Translations under genes and position numbers: made by a program | NCBI RefSeq assembly: GCF_053078305.1 | Contig: NZ_CP166879.1 | Strand: one strand, 5' to 3' | DNA: 64,000 nucleotides | The notes under the pieces: generated by a model | What the model was told of the DNA's origin: nothing | What the model saw: only the letters and a program-made list of their open reading frames with translations | Databases searched by the model: none | Shown here: positions 10,108 to 21,933 of the stretch, in pieces | Position numbering within the stretch: position 1 is the first letter of the stretch | How the letters are laid out: every line of letters begins with the position of its first letter

Positions 10108-10377
10108 TTATTTTTTAACTTTAAATTTCTTCTGCCAGACCAGCAGTTCAAACACGCCGAAAAGGAAAATCCGCACCTTTTCGGCGGTGGTCATCTGCGG
10201 GCCATCTTTCGGTAAAGTGGATTTCAATAGCGCCAGCTGCATACCATGCATCAGCACGGTAAAAATCAGCGCCACGTTAACGAAAATATTCAGCGGGCGC
10301 GGGAAGGGATGCACCAGGTTGAGGATTAAAAATCCCCAAACGCAGAGCATTAACAAACGTCCAATATTAATCAGCAT
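10108..10377 (-). CDS. yhhL: DUF1145 small membrane protein
   Basis: Trimmed to internal Met (MLINIGRLLMLCVWGFLILNL...), 89 aa. Its 5' end overlaps the rsmD 3' end by 11 bp. Confidence 0.75.
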   Translation of the reverse strand: MLINIGRLLMLCVWGFLILNLVHPFPRPLNIFVNVALIFTVLMHGMQLALLKSTLPKDGPQMTTAEKVRIFLFGVFELLVWQKKFKVKK

Positions 10378-10963
10378 CACTTTCTCCTTGTGCTTCGCGT
10401 TGATACAGCCGATAAGCCACCTGACCCGCCACTTTTTCCCGATGCAATGACCAGTTTGCCGGAACAGTGGGCAGACCGTTTTCGACTTCGCTTTCGACAT
10501 AAATCAGGGCTTCGTCAGCCAGCCAGCCGTTATCTTCCAGTAAATTTATCGTCTCTTCTAACAAGCCACGGCGGAACGGTGGATCGACAAACACGATATT
10601 ATGCGGTGTGCCTTTTTGCGCCAGGAATGACATCGCGTTGCTGTTCACCACGCGTGCATTGCCTGCTTTTAGTGTCGCCAGATTCTTAATTAACTGCTGA
10701 GAAACCGCGCGATCCATCTCAATCAACGTGGCCCCCGCAGCGTAGCGCGATAACGCTTCCAGTCCCAGCGCGCCGCTTCCGGCGAAGCAATCCAGACATT
10801 GGGCGTCAACAATGACCGGAGCCAGCCAGTTAAACAACGTTTCGCGTACGCGGTCGGTGGTGGGGCGCAGACCTGGGCTATCAGGAACCGGGAGTTTACG
10901 GCCTCGCCACTGCCCGCCAATAATGCGGATTTGGCCGCTGCCGGAATGATTCGGTTTTTTCAT
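10367..10963 (-). CDS. rsmD: 16S rRNA (guanine966-N2)-methyltransferase
   Basis: 198 aa with SAM-binding LDCFAGSGALGLEA and DPPF motifs; divergent from ftsY. Confidence 0.93.
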   Translation of the reverse strand: MKKPNHSGSGQIRIIGGQWRGRKLPVPDSPGLRPTTDRVRETLFNWLAPVIVDAQCLDCFAGSGALGLEALSRYAAGATLIEMDRAVSQQLIKNLATLKAGNARVVNSNAMSFLAQKGTPHNIVFVDPPFRRGLLEETINLLEDNGWLADEALIYVESEVENGLPTVPANWSLHREKVAGQVAYRLYQREAQGESDAD

Positions 10964-11112
10964 GATAAATTGCTCAATCCGCCAGATAACACATACTTGC
11001 AGGCGGTGATGTGAATTAAGTTAAGTGATAGACTATTTCATCATTTTTTTAGCTGCTATGTACATAGCGTTAACGCTGTGCCATGAAGCAACAGCGAGGA
11101 GTGTAGTCGCAA

Positions 11113-12609
11113 ATGGCGAAAGAAAAAAAACGTGGCTTTTTTTCCTGGCTGGGCTTTGGTCAAAAAGAGCAGACCCCGGAAAAAGAGACAGAAGTTCAGA
11201 ATGAACAACCGGTTGTAGAAGAAATCGTTCAGGCGCAAGAGCCTGCGAAGGCTTCGGAACAAGCCGTTGAAGAGCAGCCGCAGGCGCATACTGAAGCCGA
11301 GGCGGAAACTTTTGCTGCCGACGTTGTGGAAGTCACTGAACAGGTAGCTGAAAGTGAAAAAGCGCAGCCTGAAGCGGAAGTCGTTGCACAGCCGGAACCG
11401 GTCGTAGAAGAAACGCCGGAGCCAGTGGCTATCGAGCGTGAAGAACTGCCGTTGCCGGAAGACGTCAACGCCGAAGAGGTTTCGCCAGAAGAGTGGCAGG
11501 CTGAAGCGGAAACCGTAGAGATTGTCGAAGCGGCGGAAGAAGAAGCGGCTAAAGAAGAAATCACCGACGAAGAGCTGGAAGCACAGGCGCTGGCAGCCGA
11601 AGCGGCAGAAGAGGCGGTGATGGTGGTTCCTCCGGCAGAAGAAGAGCAGCCGGTGGAAGAAATCGCTCAGGAGCAGGAAAAACCAACCAAAGAAGGTTTC
11701 TTCGCGCGCCTGAAACGCAGCCTGTTAAAAACCAAAGAAAATCTCGGTTCCGGATTTATCAGCCTGTTCCGCGGTAAAAAAATCGACGATGATCTTTTTG
11801 AAGAGCTGGAAGAACAGCTGTTGATCGCCGATGTGGGCGTGGAAACCACACGTAAAATTATCACCAATCTGACGGAAGGCGCATCCCGCAAGCAGCTTCG
11901 TGATGCCGAGGCGCTCTATGGCCTGCTGAAAGAAGAGATGGGCGAGATTCTGGCGAAAGTCGATGAGCCGCTGAATGTTGAAGGTAAAACGCCGTTCGTG
12001 ATCCTGATGGTGGGCGTCAACGGTGTGGGTAAAACCACGACGATTGGTAAGCTGGCACGTCAGTTTGAGCAGCAGGGTAAATCGGTGATGCTGGCGGCGG
12101 GCGATACTTTCCGTGCAGCAGCGGTTGAACAGCTTCAGGTCTGGGGTCAGCGCAACAATATTCCGGTGATTGCCCAGCATACCGGTGCGGATTCCGCCTC
12201 TGTTATCTTCGACGCCATTCAGGCAGCTAAAGCGCGTAATATCGACGTCCTGATTGCCGATACCGCCGGACGTCTGCAGAACAAATCGCATCTGATGGAA
12301 GAGTTGAAGAAAATCGTCCGCGTGATGAAGAAACTCGACGTTGAAGCGCCGCATGAAGTTATGCTGACTATTGATGCCAGCACCGGGCAGAACGCGGTAA
12401 GCCAGGCCAAACTGTTCCACGAAGCTGTTGGCTTAACCGGCATCACGCTAACGAAACTGGACGGCACGGCGAAAGGCGGGGTAATTTTCTCGGTGGCTGA
12501 CCAGTTTGGTATCCCTATCCGCTACATTGGTGTCGGCGAACGTATTGAGGATTTGCGTCCGTTTAAGGCGGACGACTTTATAGAGGCACTTTTTGCCCGA
12601 GAGGATTAA
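11113..12609 (+). CDS. ftsY: Signal recognition particle receptor FtsY
   Basis: Acidic E/A/Q-rich N-terminal domain followed by an SRP GTPase domain (GVNGVGKTTT, DTAGR, TKLDG). Confidence 0.97.
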   Translation: MAKEKKRGFFSWLGFGQKEQTPEKETEVQNEQPVVEEIVQAQEPAKASEQAVEEQPQAHTEAEAETFAADVVEVTEQVAESEKAQPEAEVVAQPEPVVEETPEPVAIEREELPLPEDVNAEEVSPEEWQAEAETVEIVEAAEEEAAKEEITDEELEAQALAAEAAEEAVMVVPPAEEEQPVEEIAQEQEKPTKEGFFARLKRSLLKTKENLGSGFISLFRGKKIDDDLFEELEEQLLIADVGVETTRKIITNLTEGASRKQLRDAEALYGLLKEEMGEILAKVDEPLNVEGKTPFVILMVGVNGVGKTTTIGKLARQFEQQGKSVMLAAGDTFRAAAVEQLQVWGQRNNIPVIAQHTGADSASVIFDAIQAAKARNIDVLIADTAGRLQNKSHLMEELKKIVRVMKKLDVEAPHEVMLTIDASTGQNAVSQAKLFHEAVGLTGITLTKLDGTAKGGVIFSVADQFGIPIRYIGVGERIEDLRPFKADDFIEALFARED

Positions 12610-12611
12610 CA

Positions 12612-13280
12612 ATGATTCGCTTTGAACATGTCAGCAAGGCTTATCTCGGTGGGAGACAGGCGCTGCAGGGCGTTACGTTCCATATGCAGCCGGGTGAGAT
12701 GGCGTTTCTGACCGGTCATTCCGGCGCAGGGAAAAGTACCCTCCTGAAGCTGATCTGTGGGATTGAGCGGCCCAGCGCCGGGAAAATCTGGTTTAGCGGC
12801 CATGACATCACGCGTCTGAAAAACCGTGAAGTTCCGTTTCTGCGCCGCCAGATTGGCATGATTTTCCAGGATCACCATCTACTGATGGACCGTACTGTCT
12901 ACGATAACGTGGCGATCCCGCTGATTATCGCCGGTGCCAGCGGTGACGATATTCGTCGCCGGGTGTCGGCGGCGCTGGATAAAGTCGGGCTACTGGACAA
13001 AGCGAAGAACTTCCCTATTCAGCTTTCCGGCGGTGAACAACAGCGTGTTGGCATTGCCCGCGCGGTGGTGAACAAGCCCGCTGTACTGCTGGCGGACGAA
13101 CCGACCGGTAACCTGGACGACGCGTTGTCGGAAGGGATTCTACGTCTGTTTGAAGAGTTTAACCGCGTTGGGGTAACCGTATTGATGGCAACGCACGACA
13201 TCAACCTGATTTCACGGCGTTCCTATCGCATGCTCACCCTGAGCGATGGTCACTTGCATGGAGGCGTGGGCCATGAATAA
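12612..13280 (+). CDS. ftsE: Cell-division ABC transporter ATP-binding protein FtsE
   Basis: Walker [13 protein letters not shown] signature LSGGEQQR, Walker [12 protein letters not shown]. Confidence 0.97.
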
Positions 13281-14331
13281 GCGCGATGCAATCAATCATA
13301 TCCGGCAGTTTGGCGGGCGTCTGGATCGCTTCCGTAAATCGGTCGGCGGCTCTGGCGACGGCGGTCGTAACGCACCGAAACGCGCGAAATCCTCGCCAAA
13401 ACCGGTAAATCGCAAAACCAACGTTTTCAACGAACAGGTGCGCTATGCCTTCCACGGCGCATTGCAGGATCTGAAAAGCAAACCGTTCGCCACGTTTTTA
13501 ACGGTGATGGTTATCGCCATCTCTCTGACGCTGCCCAGCGTCTGTTATATGGTGTACAAAAACGTTAACCAGGCGGCGACGCAGTATTATCCGTCACCGC
13601 AAATCACTGTTTATCTGCAAAAAACGCTGGACGATGACGCTGCTGCGGGCGTGGTGGCACAGTTGCAGGCCGAGCAAGGCGTGGAGAAAGTGAATTATCT
13701 TTCTCGTGAAGACGCACTGGGTGAGTTCCGTAACTGGTCTGGTTTTGGTGGTGCGCTGGATATGCTGGAAGAAAACCCGCTTCCGGCAGTGGCGGTGGTG
13801 ATCCCGAAACTCGATTTTCAGGGGACGGAATCACTGAATACGCTGCGCGATCGTATCACGCAGATTAACGGCATTGACGAAGTGCGGATGGATGACAGCT
13901 GGTTTGCCCGTCTGGCGGCGTTGACCGGGCTGGTCGGGCGCGTTTCGGCGATGATCGGCGTGTTGATGGTGGCGGCAGTGTTCCTCGTCATCGGTAACAG
14001 TGTACGCCTGAGTATCTTTGCTCGTCGTGACTCCATTAACGTGCAGAAACTGATTGGTGCAACGGATGGTTTCATCCTGCGCCCGTTCCTGTACGGTGGC
14101 GCATTGCTGGGGTTTTCTGGCGCATTGTTGTCATTAATTTTGTCAGAAATTCTGGTGCTGCGATTGTCATCGGCGGTTGCGGAAGTGGCACAGGTTTTCG
14201 GAACGAAGTTTGATATCAATGGTTTATCGTTCGATGAATGCCTGCTGTTGCTGCTGGTATGCTCGATGATTGGCTGGGTGGCAGCGTGGCTTGCCACGGT
14301 ACAACATTTACGCCACTTTACGCCTGAATAA
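13273..14331 (+). CDS. ftsX: Cell-division ABC transporter permease-like protein FtsX
   Basis: Trimmed to [12 protein letters not shown]... giving 352 aa; overlaps the ftsE 3' end. Confidence 0.93.
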
Positions 14332-14455
14332 TAAAAGCGTGTTATACTCTTTCCCTGCAATGGGTTCCGTAGCAGGGAGAGAGACCCCGTTGTCTCTTCC
14401 CGGTATTTCATCTCTATGTCACATTTTGTGCGTAATTTATTCACAAGCTTGCATT

Positions 14456-14483
14456 GAACTTGTGGATAAAATCACGGTCTGAT
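14456..14483 (+). promoter_or_regulatory. Sigma-E-type promoter upstream of rpoH (P3-like)
   Basis: GAACTT then a 16-bp spacer then TCTGAT, matching the sigma-E consensus, about 95 bp upstream of the rpoH start. Confidence 0.7.
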
Positions 14484-14575
14484 AAAACAGTGAATGATAA
14501 CCTCGTTGCTCTTAAGCTCTGGCACAGTTGTTGCTACCACTGAAGCGCCAGAAGATATCGATTGAGAGGATTTGA

Positions 14576-15430
14576 ATGACTGACAAAATGCAAAGTTTAG
14601 CTTTAGCCCCAGTTGGCAACCTGGATTCCTACATCCGGGCAGCTAACGCGTGGCCGATGTTGTCGGCTGACGAGGAGCGGGCGCTGGCTGAAAAGCTGCA
14701 TTACCATGGCGATCTGGAAGCAGCTAAAACGCTGATCCTGTCTCACCTGCGGTTTGTTGTTCATATTGCTCGTAATTATGCGGGCTATGGCCTGCCACAG
14801 GCGGATTTGATTCAGGAAGGTAACATCGGCCTGATGAAAGCAGTGCGCCGTTTCAACCCGGAAGTGGGTGTGCGCCTGGTCTCCTTCGCCGTTCACTGGA
14901 TCAAAGCAGAGATCCACGAATACGTTCTGCGTAACTGGCGTATCGTCAAAGTTGCGACCACCAAAGCGCAGCGCAAACTGTTCTTCAACCTGCGTAAAAC
15001 CAAGCAGCGTCTGGGCTGGTTTAACCAGGATGAAGTCGAAATGGTGGCCCGTGAACTGGGCGTAACCAGCAAAGACGTACGTGAGATGGAATCACGTATG
15101 GCGGCACAGGACATGACCTTTGACCTGTCTTCCGACGACGATTCCGACAGCCAGCCGATGGCACCGGTGCTCTATCTGCAGGATAAATCATCTAACTTTG
15201 CCGACGGCATCGAAGATGATAACTGGGAAGAGCAGGCGGCAAACCGTCTGACCGATGCGATGCAGGGTCTGGACGAACGCAGCCAGGACATCATCCGTGC
15301 GCGCTGGCTGGACGAAGACAACAAGTCCACGTTGCAGGAACTGGCTGACCGTTACGGTGTTTCCGCTGAGCGTGTGCGCCAGCTGGAAAAGAACGCCATG
15401 AAAAAACTGCGCGCTGCTATAGAAGCGTAA
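14576..15430 (+). CDS. rpoH: RNA polymerase sigma-32 (heat-shock sigma factor)
   Basis: 284 aa. Contains the RpoH box ([17 protein letters not shown]) and sigma-70 regions 2 and 4. Confidence 0.98.
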   Translation: MTDKMQSLALAPVGNLDSYIRAANAWPMLSADEERALAEKLHYHGDLEAAKTLILSHLRFVVHIARNYAGYGLPQADLIQEGNIGLMKAVRRFNPEVGVRLVSFAVHWIKAEIHEYVLRNWRIVKVATTKAQRKLFFNLRKTKQRLGWFNQDEVEMVARELGVTSKDVREMESRMAAQDMTFDLSSDDDSDSQPMAPVLYLQDKSSNFADGIEDDNWEEQAANRLTDAMQGLDERSQDIIRARWLDEDNKSTLQELADRYGVSAERVRQLEKNAMKKLRAAIEA

Positions 15431-15451
15431 TTTCCGCTATTAAGCAGAGAA

Positions 15452-15485
15452 CCCTGGATGCGAGTCCGGGGTTTTTGTTTTTTGG
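15452..15485 (+). terminator. Rho-independent terminator after rpoH
   Basis: GC-rich hairpin CCCTGGATGCGAGTCCGGGG followed by TTTTTGTTTTTT. Confidence 0.75.
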
Positions 15486-15700
15486 GCCTCTACAATAATC
15501 AATTTCCCCTCCGGCAAAACGCCAATCCCCACGCAGATTGTTAATAAACTGTCAAAATAGCTATTCCAATATCATAAAAATCGGGTATGTTTTAGCAGAG
15601 TATGCTGCTAAAGCACGGGTAGTCATGCATAAAACGAAATAAAGTGCTGAACAACAACATCACAACACACGTAATAACCAGAAGAATGGGGATTCTCAGG

Positions 15701-16804
15701 ATGAACATAAAGGGTAAAGCGTTACTGGCAGGATGTATCGCGCTGGCATTCAGCAATATGGCTCTGGCAGAAGATATTAAAGTCGCGGTCGTGGGCGCAA
15801 TGTCCGGTCCGGTTGCGCAGTACGGTGACCAGGAGTTTACCGGCGCAGAGCAGGCGGTTGCGGATATCAACGCTAAAGGTGGCGTTAAAGGCAACAAACT
15901 GCAAATCGTAAAATATGACGATGCCTGTGACCCGAAACAGGCGGTCGCGGTGGCGAACAAAGTCGTTAACGACGGCATTAAATACGTGATTGGCCACCTT
16001 TGTTCTTCATCAACGCAGCCTGCGTCTGACATCTACGAAGACGAAGGCATTTTAATGATCACCCCAGCAGCAACCGCGCCGGAGCTGACCGCCCGTGGCT
16101 ATCAGCTGATCCTGCGCACCACCGGTCTGGACTCCGACCAGGGGCCGACGGCGGCGAAATATATTCTTGAGAAAGTGAAACCGCAGCGTATTGCTATCGT
16201 TCACGACAAACAGCAATACGGCGAAGGTCTGGCGCGAGCGGTGCAGGACGGCCTGAAGAAAGGCAATGCTAACGTGGTGTTCTTTGATGGTATCACCGCC
16301 GGGGAAAAAGATTTCTCAACGCTGGTAGCGCGTCTGAAGAAAGAGAATATCGACTTCGTTTACTACGGCGGTTATCACCCGGAAATGGGGCAAATCCTGC
16401 GTCAGGCACGCGCGGCAGGGCTGAAAACTCAGTTTATGGGGCCGGAAGGTGTGGCTAACGTTTCGCTGTCTAACATTGCGGGCGAATCAGCGGAAGGGCT
16501 GCTGGTGACCAAGCCGAAGAACTACGATCAGGTTCCGGCGAACAAACCCATTGTTGATGCGATCAAAGCGAAAAAACAGGACCCAAGCGGCGCATTCGTT
16601 TGGACCACCTACGCCGCGCTGCAATCTTTGCAGGCGGGCCTGAATCAGTCTGACGATCCGGCTGAAATCGCCAAATACCTGAAAGCGAACTCCGTGGATA
16701 CCGTAATGGGACCGCTGACCTGGGATGAGAAAGGTGACCTGAAAGGCTTTGAGTTCGGTGTATTTGACTGGCACGCCAACGGCACGGCGACCGATGCGAA
16801 GTAA
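15701..16804 (+). CDS. livJ: Leu/Ile/Val periplasmic binding protein
   Basis: Trimmed to [23 protein letters not shown] giving 367 aa. About 80 percent identical to the livK product further downstream. Confidence 0.95.
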   Translation: MNIKGKALLAGCIALAFSNMALAEDIKVAVVGAMSGPVAQYGDQEFTGAEQAVADINAKGGVKGNKLQIVKYDDACDPKQAVAVANKVVNDGIKYVIGHLCSSSTQPASDIYEDEGILMITPAATAPELTARGYQLILRTTGLDSDQGPTAAKYILEKVKPQRIAIVHDKQQYGEGLARAVQDGLKKGNANVVFFDGITAGEKDFSTLVARLKKENIDFVYYGGYHPEMGQILRQARAAGLKTQFMGPEGVANVSLSNIAGESAEGLLVTKPKNYDQVPANKPIVDAIKAKKQDPSGAFVWTTYAALQSLQAGLNQSDDPAEIAKYLKANSVDTVMGPLTWDEKGDLKGFEFGVFDWHANGTATDAK

Positions 16805-16862
16805 TCATTAATCGGCAACTTTGGGTTGCCGCCAAATTGCTAATATCGAGTACGTTGCTTCA

Positions 16863-16972
<110 letters not shown>

Positions 16973-17003
16973 TGGTCATCACTTTTGAAATCAAACTTGA
17001 CGA

Positions 17004-17387
17004 TTAACGCTTCTCCCAGCCGCCCTGCTGTGCCGTAAATCCCAGTGCCTGCATAAACGCCGTCATCACACCGCGATCTTCTACGCCTGCATCCGCCATC
17101 CACCAGGATGAAACGCTGGCATTATCACTTAACACCTCTTCCAGCAGATATTGCCCCACACCGCGACGGCGGGTGACTTCCCGCACGCGCAGGGAATCCA
17201 GTGCGCCCTCCGTGCAGCTTAAGGTTACCCGCACGGCCGCGAGCAGGCGCTCGTTAAAACGCGCGGCGTAGATACGGTGGTTATCGTCAACCTGTAACGA
17301 GGAAGGGGAATACTCCGGCCAGATCTTTTGCAGGTCAATCCGGTCCTGGTCGCTAAATTTTTCTAATCGAATGATGGTCAGCTTCAT
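17004..17387 (-). CDS. panZ: GNAT-fold PanD regulatory factor PanZ
   Basis: 127 aa with an acetyl-CoA-binding-like motif (RRRGVGQYLLEE); sits between livJ and livK. Confidence 0.88.
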   Translation of the reverse strand: MKLTIIRLEKFSDQDRIDLQKIWPEYSPSSLQVDDNHRIYAARFNERLLAAVRVTLSCTEGALDSLRVREVTRRRGVGQYLLEEVLSDNASVSSWWMADAGVEDRGVMTAFMQALGFTAQQGGWEKR

Positions 17388-17810
17388 GGGTAACCCGTGT
17401 AAATCACAAAAGTGGAACCAGTGTAGCGAAATAATTTAATCGGAGGCTTTCTCTTTTTTATTTCTTTTGGCAGGTGATTAATTTTTTATCAGCAATAATT
17501 ACAAAGTTAAAACATTAGAGAATGAAAAATGTCCAGCATAATCCCCTGAATGATAGTGAATTATTCCGCCCTTTGTGCCGTTATTTTATGCTGACAAAGG
17601 CACCTTTTTCTGTTTATCTATCAATAAATTCAGAATATTATCTGTTCTTAATCGACTGAAAAATAGGGATTTTAATCGCTATTATCACAAAATACTGCGC
17701 TAAACCCTTAATCAAACAGGCAAAAACAGTGCAGTATAAAAAAAGAACAGTCTGATTTGTTAACACATAAGAACAAAGCAACACAACATCACGAATGGGG
17801 ATTTTTGACT

Positions 17811-18920
17811 ATGAAACGGAATGCGAAAACTATCATCGCAGGGATGATTGCACTGGCAATATCACACACCGCTATGGCTGACGATATTAAAGTCGCCGTT
17901 GTCGGCGCCATGTCCGGCCCGATTGCCCAGTGGGGCGATATGGAATTTAACGGCGCGCGTCAGGCGATTAAAGACATTAATGCCAAAGGGGGGATTAAAG
18001 GCGATAAGCTGGTTGGCGTGGAATATGACGACGCCTGCGACCCGAAACAAGCCGTTGCGGTCGCCAACAAAATCGTTAACGACGGCATTAAATACGTTAT
18101 TGGTCATCTGTGTTCTTCTTCTACTCAACCTGCATCAGATATCTATGAAGACGAAGGTATTCTGATGATTTCGCCGGGAGCGACCAACCCGGAGCTGACC
18201 CAACGCGGTTATCAACACATCATGCGTACTGCCGGGCTGGACTCTTCCCAGGGGCCTACAGCGGCAAAATACATTCTTGAGACGGTGAAGCCCCAGCGCA
18301 TCGCCATCATTCACGACAAACAACAGTATGGCGAAGGGCTGGCGCGTTCGGTGCAGGACGGGCTGAAAGCGGCTAACGCCAACGTCGTCTTCTTCGACGG
18401 TATTACCGCCGGGGAGAAAGATTTCTCCGCGCTGATCGCCCGCCTGAAAAAAGAAAACATCGACTTCGTTTACTACGGCGGTTACTACCCGGAAATGGGG
18501 CAGATGCTGCGCCAGGCCCGTTCCGTTGGCCTGAAAACCCAGTTTATGGGGCCGGAAGGTGTGGGTAATGCGTCGTTGTCGAACATTGCCGGTGATGCCG
18601 CCGAAGGCATGTTGGTCACTATGCCAAAACGCTATGACCAGGATCCGGCAAACCAGGGCATCGTTGATGCGCTGAAAGCAGACAAGAAAGATCCGTCCGG
18701 GCCTTATGTCTGGATCACTTACGCGGCGGTGCAATCTCTGGCAACTGCCCTTGAACGTACCGGCAGCGATGAGCCGCTGGCGCTGGTGAAAGATTTAAAA
18801 GCAAACGGTGCAAACACCGTGATTGGGCCGCTGAACTGGGATGAAAAAGGCGATCTTAAGGGATTTGATTTTGGTGTCTTCCAGTGGCACGCCGACGGTT
18901 CATCCACGGCAGCCAAGTGA
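17811..18920 (+). CDS. livK: Leucine-specific periplasmic binding protein
   Basis: Trimmed to [23 protein letters not shown] giving 369 aa; paralog of livJ. Confidence 0.95.
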
Positions 18921-18967
18921 TCATCCCACCGCCCGTAAAATGCGGGCGGGTTTAGAAAGGTTTCCTT

Positions 18968-19894
18968 ATGTCTGAGCAGTTTTTATATTTCTTGCAGCAG
19001 ATGTTTAACGGCGTCACGCTGGGCAGTACTTACGCGCTGATTGCCATCGGCTACACCATGGTTTATGGCATTATCGGCATGATCAACTTCGCCCACGGCG
19101 AGGTTTACATGATCGGCAGCTATGTCTCCTTTATGATCATCGCCGCACTGATGATGATGGGCATTGATACCGGCTGGCTGCTGGTAGCGGCGGGATTCGT
19201 CGGCGCAATCGTCATTGCCAGCGCCTACGGCTGGAGTATCGAACGGGTGGCTTACCGCCCGGTGCGTAACTCTAAGCGCCTGATTGCACTCATCTCGGCA
19301 ATCGGTATGTCCATCTTCCTGCAAAACTACGTCAGCCTGACCGAAGGTTCGCGCGACGTGGCGCTGCCCAGCCTGTTTAACGGTCAGTGGGTGGTGGGCC
19401 ATAGCGAAAACTTCTCTGCCTCTATTACTACCATGCAGGCGGTTATCTGGATTGTTACTTTCCTCGCCATGCTGGCGCTGACGATTTTCATTCGCTATTC
19501 CCGCATGGGGCGCGCGTGTCGTGCCTGTGCGGAAGATCTGAAAATGGCGAGCCTGCTTGGCATTAACACTGACCGGGTGATTGCGCTGACCTTTGTGATT
19601 GGCGCGGCGATGGCAGCGGTGGCGGGCGTACTGCTCGGTCAGTTCTACGGCGTCATTAACCCCTATATCGGCTTTATGGCCGGGATGAAAGCCTTTACCG
19701 CTGCGGTGCTCGGTGGGATTGGCAGCATTCCGGGAGCGATGATTGGCGGGCTGATTCTGGGGATTGCGGAGGCGCTCTCTTCTGCCTATCTGAGTACGGA
19801 ATATAAAGATGTGGTCTCATTCGCCCTGCTGATTCTGGTGCTGCTGGTGATGCCGACCGGTATTCTGGGTCGCCCGGAGGTAGAGAAAGTATGA
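18968..19894 (+). CDS. livH: Branched-chain amino acid ABC permease
   Basis: 308-aa polytopic membrane protein; operon position. Confidence 0.95.
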   Translation: MSEQFLYFLQQMFNGVTLGSTYALIAIGYTMVYGIIGMINFAHGEVYMIGSYVSFMIIAALMMMGIDTGWLLVAAGFVGAIVIASAYGWSIERVAYRPVRNSKRLIALISAIGMSIFLQNYVSLTEGSRDVALPSLFNGQWVVGHSENFSASITTMQAVIWIVTFLAMLALTIFIRYSRMGRACRACAEDLKMASLLGINTDRVIALTFVIGAAMAAVAGVLLGQFYGVINPYIGFMAGMKAFTAAVLGGIGSIPGAMIGGLILGIAEALSSAYLSTEYKDVVSFALLILVLLVMPTGILGRPEVEKV

Positions 19895-21168
19895 AACCGA
19901 TGCATATTGCAATGGCGTTGCTCTCTGCCGCGATGTTTTTTGTCCTGGCGGGCGTCTTTATGGGCGTACAACTGGAGCTGGATGGCACCAAACTGGTGGT
20001 CGACACGGCTTCAGACATCCGTTGGCAGTGGGTGTTTATCGGCACGGCGGTGGTCTTTTTCTTCCAGCTTTTGCGACCGGCTTTCCAGAAAGGGTTGAAA
20101 AGCGTTTCCGGACCGAAGTTTATTCTGCCCGCGATTGATGGCTCCACGGTGAAGCAAAAGCTGTTTCTCGTGGCGCTGCTGGTGCTTGCGGTGGCGTGGC
20201 CGTTTATGGTCTCACGCGGGACGGTGGATATCGCCACCCTGACCATGATCTACATTATTCTCGGCCTCGGGCTGAACGTGGTTGTTGGTCTTTCTGGTCT
20301 GCTGGTGCTGGGGTACGGCGGTTTTTACGCCATCGGCGCTTACACTTTTGCGCTGCTCAATCACTATTACGGTCTGGGGTTCTGGACCTGTTTGCCGATT
20401 GCCGGGTTGATGGCAGCGGCGGCGGGCTTCCTGCTCGGCTTCCCGGTGCTTCGCTTGCGCGGCGACTATCTGGCGATCGTTACCCTCGGTTTCGGCGAAA
20501 TTGTGCGCATATTGCTGCTCAATAACACCGAAATTACCGGCGGCCCGAACGGAATCAGTCAGATCCCGAAACCGACACTCTTCGGACTCGAGTTCAGCCG
20601 TACCGCTCGTGAAGGCGGCTGGGACACGTTCAGTAATTTCTTTGGCCTGAAATACGATCCCTCCGATCGTGTCATCTTCCTCTACCTGGTGGCGTTGCTG
20701 CTGGTGGTGCTAAGCCTGTTTGTCATTAACCGCCTGCTGCGGATGCCGCTGGGGCGTGCGTGGGAAGCGTTGCGTGAAGATGAAATCGCCTGCCGTTCGC
20801 TGGGCTTAAGCCCGCGTCGTATCAAGCTGACCGCCTTTACCATCAGTGCCGCGTTTGCCGGTTTTGCCGGAACGCTGTTTGCTGCGCGCCAGGGCTTTGT
20901 CAGCCCGGAATCCTTCACCTTTGCCGAATCAGCCTTTGTACTGGCGATAGTGGTGCTCGGCGGTATGGGCTCGCAATTTGCAGTGATTCTGGCGGCTGTT
21001 CTGCTGGTGGTATCGCGCGAGTTGATGCGTGATTTCAACGAATACAGCATGTTAATGCTCGGTGGTTTGATGGTGCTGATGATGATCTGGCGTCCGCAGG
21101 GCTTGCTGCCCATGACGCGCCCGCAACTGAAGCTGAAAAACGGCGCAGCGAAAGGAGAGCAGGCATGA
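19891..21168 (+). CDS. livM: Branched-chain amino acid ABC permease
   Basis: 425-aa membrane protein; 4-bp overlap with livH. Confidence 0.95.
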   Translation: MKPMHIAMALLSAAMFFVLAGVFMGVQLELDGTKLVVDTASDIRWQWVFIGTAVVFFFQLLRPAFQKGLKSVSGPKFILPAIDGSTVKQKLFLVALLVLAVAWPFMVSRGTVDIATLTMIYIILGLGLNVVVGLSGLLVLGYGGFYAIGAYTFALLNHYYGLGFWTCLPIAGLMAAAAGFLLGFPVLRLRGDYLAIVTLGFGEIVRILLLNNTEITGGPNGISQIPKPTLFGLEFSRTAREGGWDTFSNFFGLKYDPSDRVIFLYLVALLLVVLSLFVINRLLRMPLGRAWEALREDEIACRSLGLSPRRIKLTAFTISAAFAGFAGTLFAARQGFVSPESFTFAESAFVLAIVVLGGMGSQFAVILAAVLLVVSRELMRDFNEYSMLMLGGLMVLMMIWRPQGLLPMTRPQLKLKNGAAKGEQA

Positions 21169-21932
21169 GTCAGCCATTATTATCTGTTAACGGCCTGATG
21201 ATGCGCTTCGGCGGCCTGCTGGCGGTGAACAACGTCAATCTTGAACTGTACCCGCAGGAGATCGTCTCGTTAATCGGCCCTAACGGTGCCGGAAAAACCA
21301 CGGTCTTCAACTGCCTGACCGGTTTCTACAAACCCACCGGCGGCACCATTTTACTGCGCGATCAGCATCTGGAAGGTTTGCCGGGGCAGCAAATCGCCCG
21401 CATGGGCGTGGTGCGTACCTTCCAGCATGTGCGTCTGTTCCGTGAAATGACGGTAATTGAAAACCTGCTGGTGGCGCAGCATCAGCAACTGAAAACCGGG
21501 CTGTTCTCAGGCCTGTTGAAAACGCCGTCTTTCCGTCGCGCCCAAAGTGAAGCGCTCGACCGCGCCGCCACCTGGCTTGAGCGCATTGGTTTGCTGGAAC
21601 ACGCCAACCGCCAGGCGAGCAACCTGGCCTACGGTGACCAGCGCCGTCTGGAGATCGCCCGCTGCATGGTGACGCAGCCGGAGATTTTAATGCTCGACGA
21701 ACCTGCGGCAGGTCTTAACCCGAAAGAAACGAAAGAGCTGGATGAGCTGATTGCCGAACTGCGCAATCATCACAACACCACTATCTTGTTGATTGAACAC
21801 GATATGAAGCTGGTGATGGGAATTTCGGACCGAATTTACGTGGTCAATCAGGGGACGCCGCTGGCAAACGGTACGCCGGAGCAAATCCGTAATAACCCGG
21901 ACGTGATCCGTGCCTATTTAGGTGAGGCATAA
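21165..21932 (+). CDS. livG: Branched-chain amino acid ABC ATPase
   Basis: Walker [10 protein letters not shown], Walker [11 protein letters not shown]; 4-bp overlap with livM. Confidence 0.95.
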   Translation: MSQPLLSVNGLMMRFGGLLAVNNVNLELYPQEIVSLIGPNGAGKTTVFNCLTGFYKPTGGTILLRDQHLEGLPGQQIARMGVVRTFQHVRLFREMTVIENLLVAQHQQLKTGLFSGLLKTPSFRRAQSEALDRAATWLERIGLLEHANRQASNLAYGDQRRLEIARCMVTQPEILMLDEPAAGLNPKETKELDELIAELRNHHNTTILLIEHDMKLVMGISDRIYVVNQGTPLANGTPEQIRNNPDVIRAYLGEA

Positions 21933-21933
21933 G

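Noticed and set aside
10378-10500. Upstream extension of yhhL to a 130-aa ORF
   Set aside because: The extension lies inside the rsmD coding sequence; the 89-aa model starting at the internal Met fits a small membrane protein.
11113-11700. Repetitive acidic Glu/Ala/Gln-rich stretch that could be mistaken for a tandem repeat element
   Set aside because: This is the native acidic N-terminal domain of FtsY, in frame and followed by the GTPase domain.
11725-12420. 231-aa reverse-strand ORF
   Set aside because: Antisense within the ftsY GTPase domain; no motifs. Artefact.
13818-14444. 208-aa reverse-strand ORF
   Set aside because: Antisense to the ftsX 3' half and spanning the ftsX-rpoH intergenic promoter region. 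No coding signal.
18135-18734. 199-aa reverse-strand ORF
   Set aside because: Antisense within livK, with low-complexity Arg/His-rich translation. Artefact.
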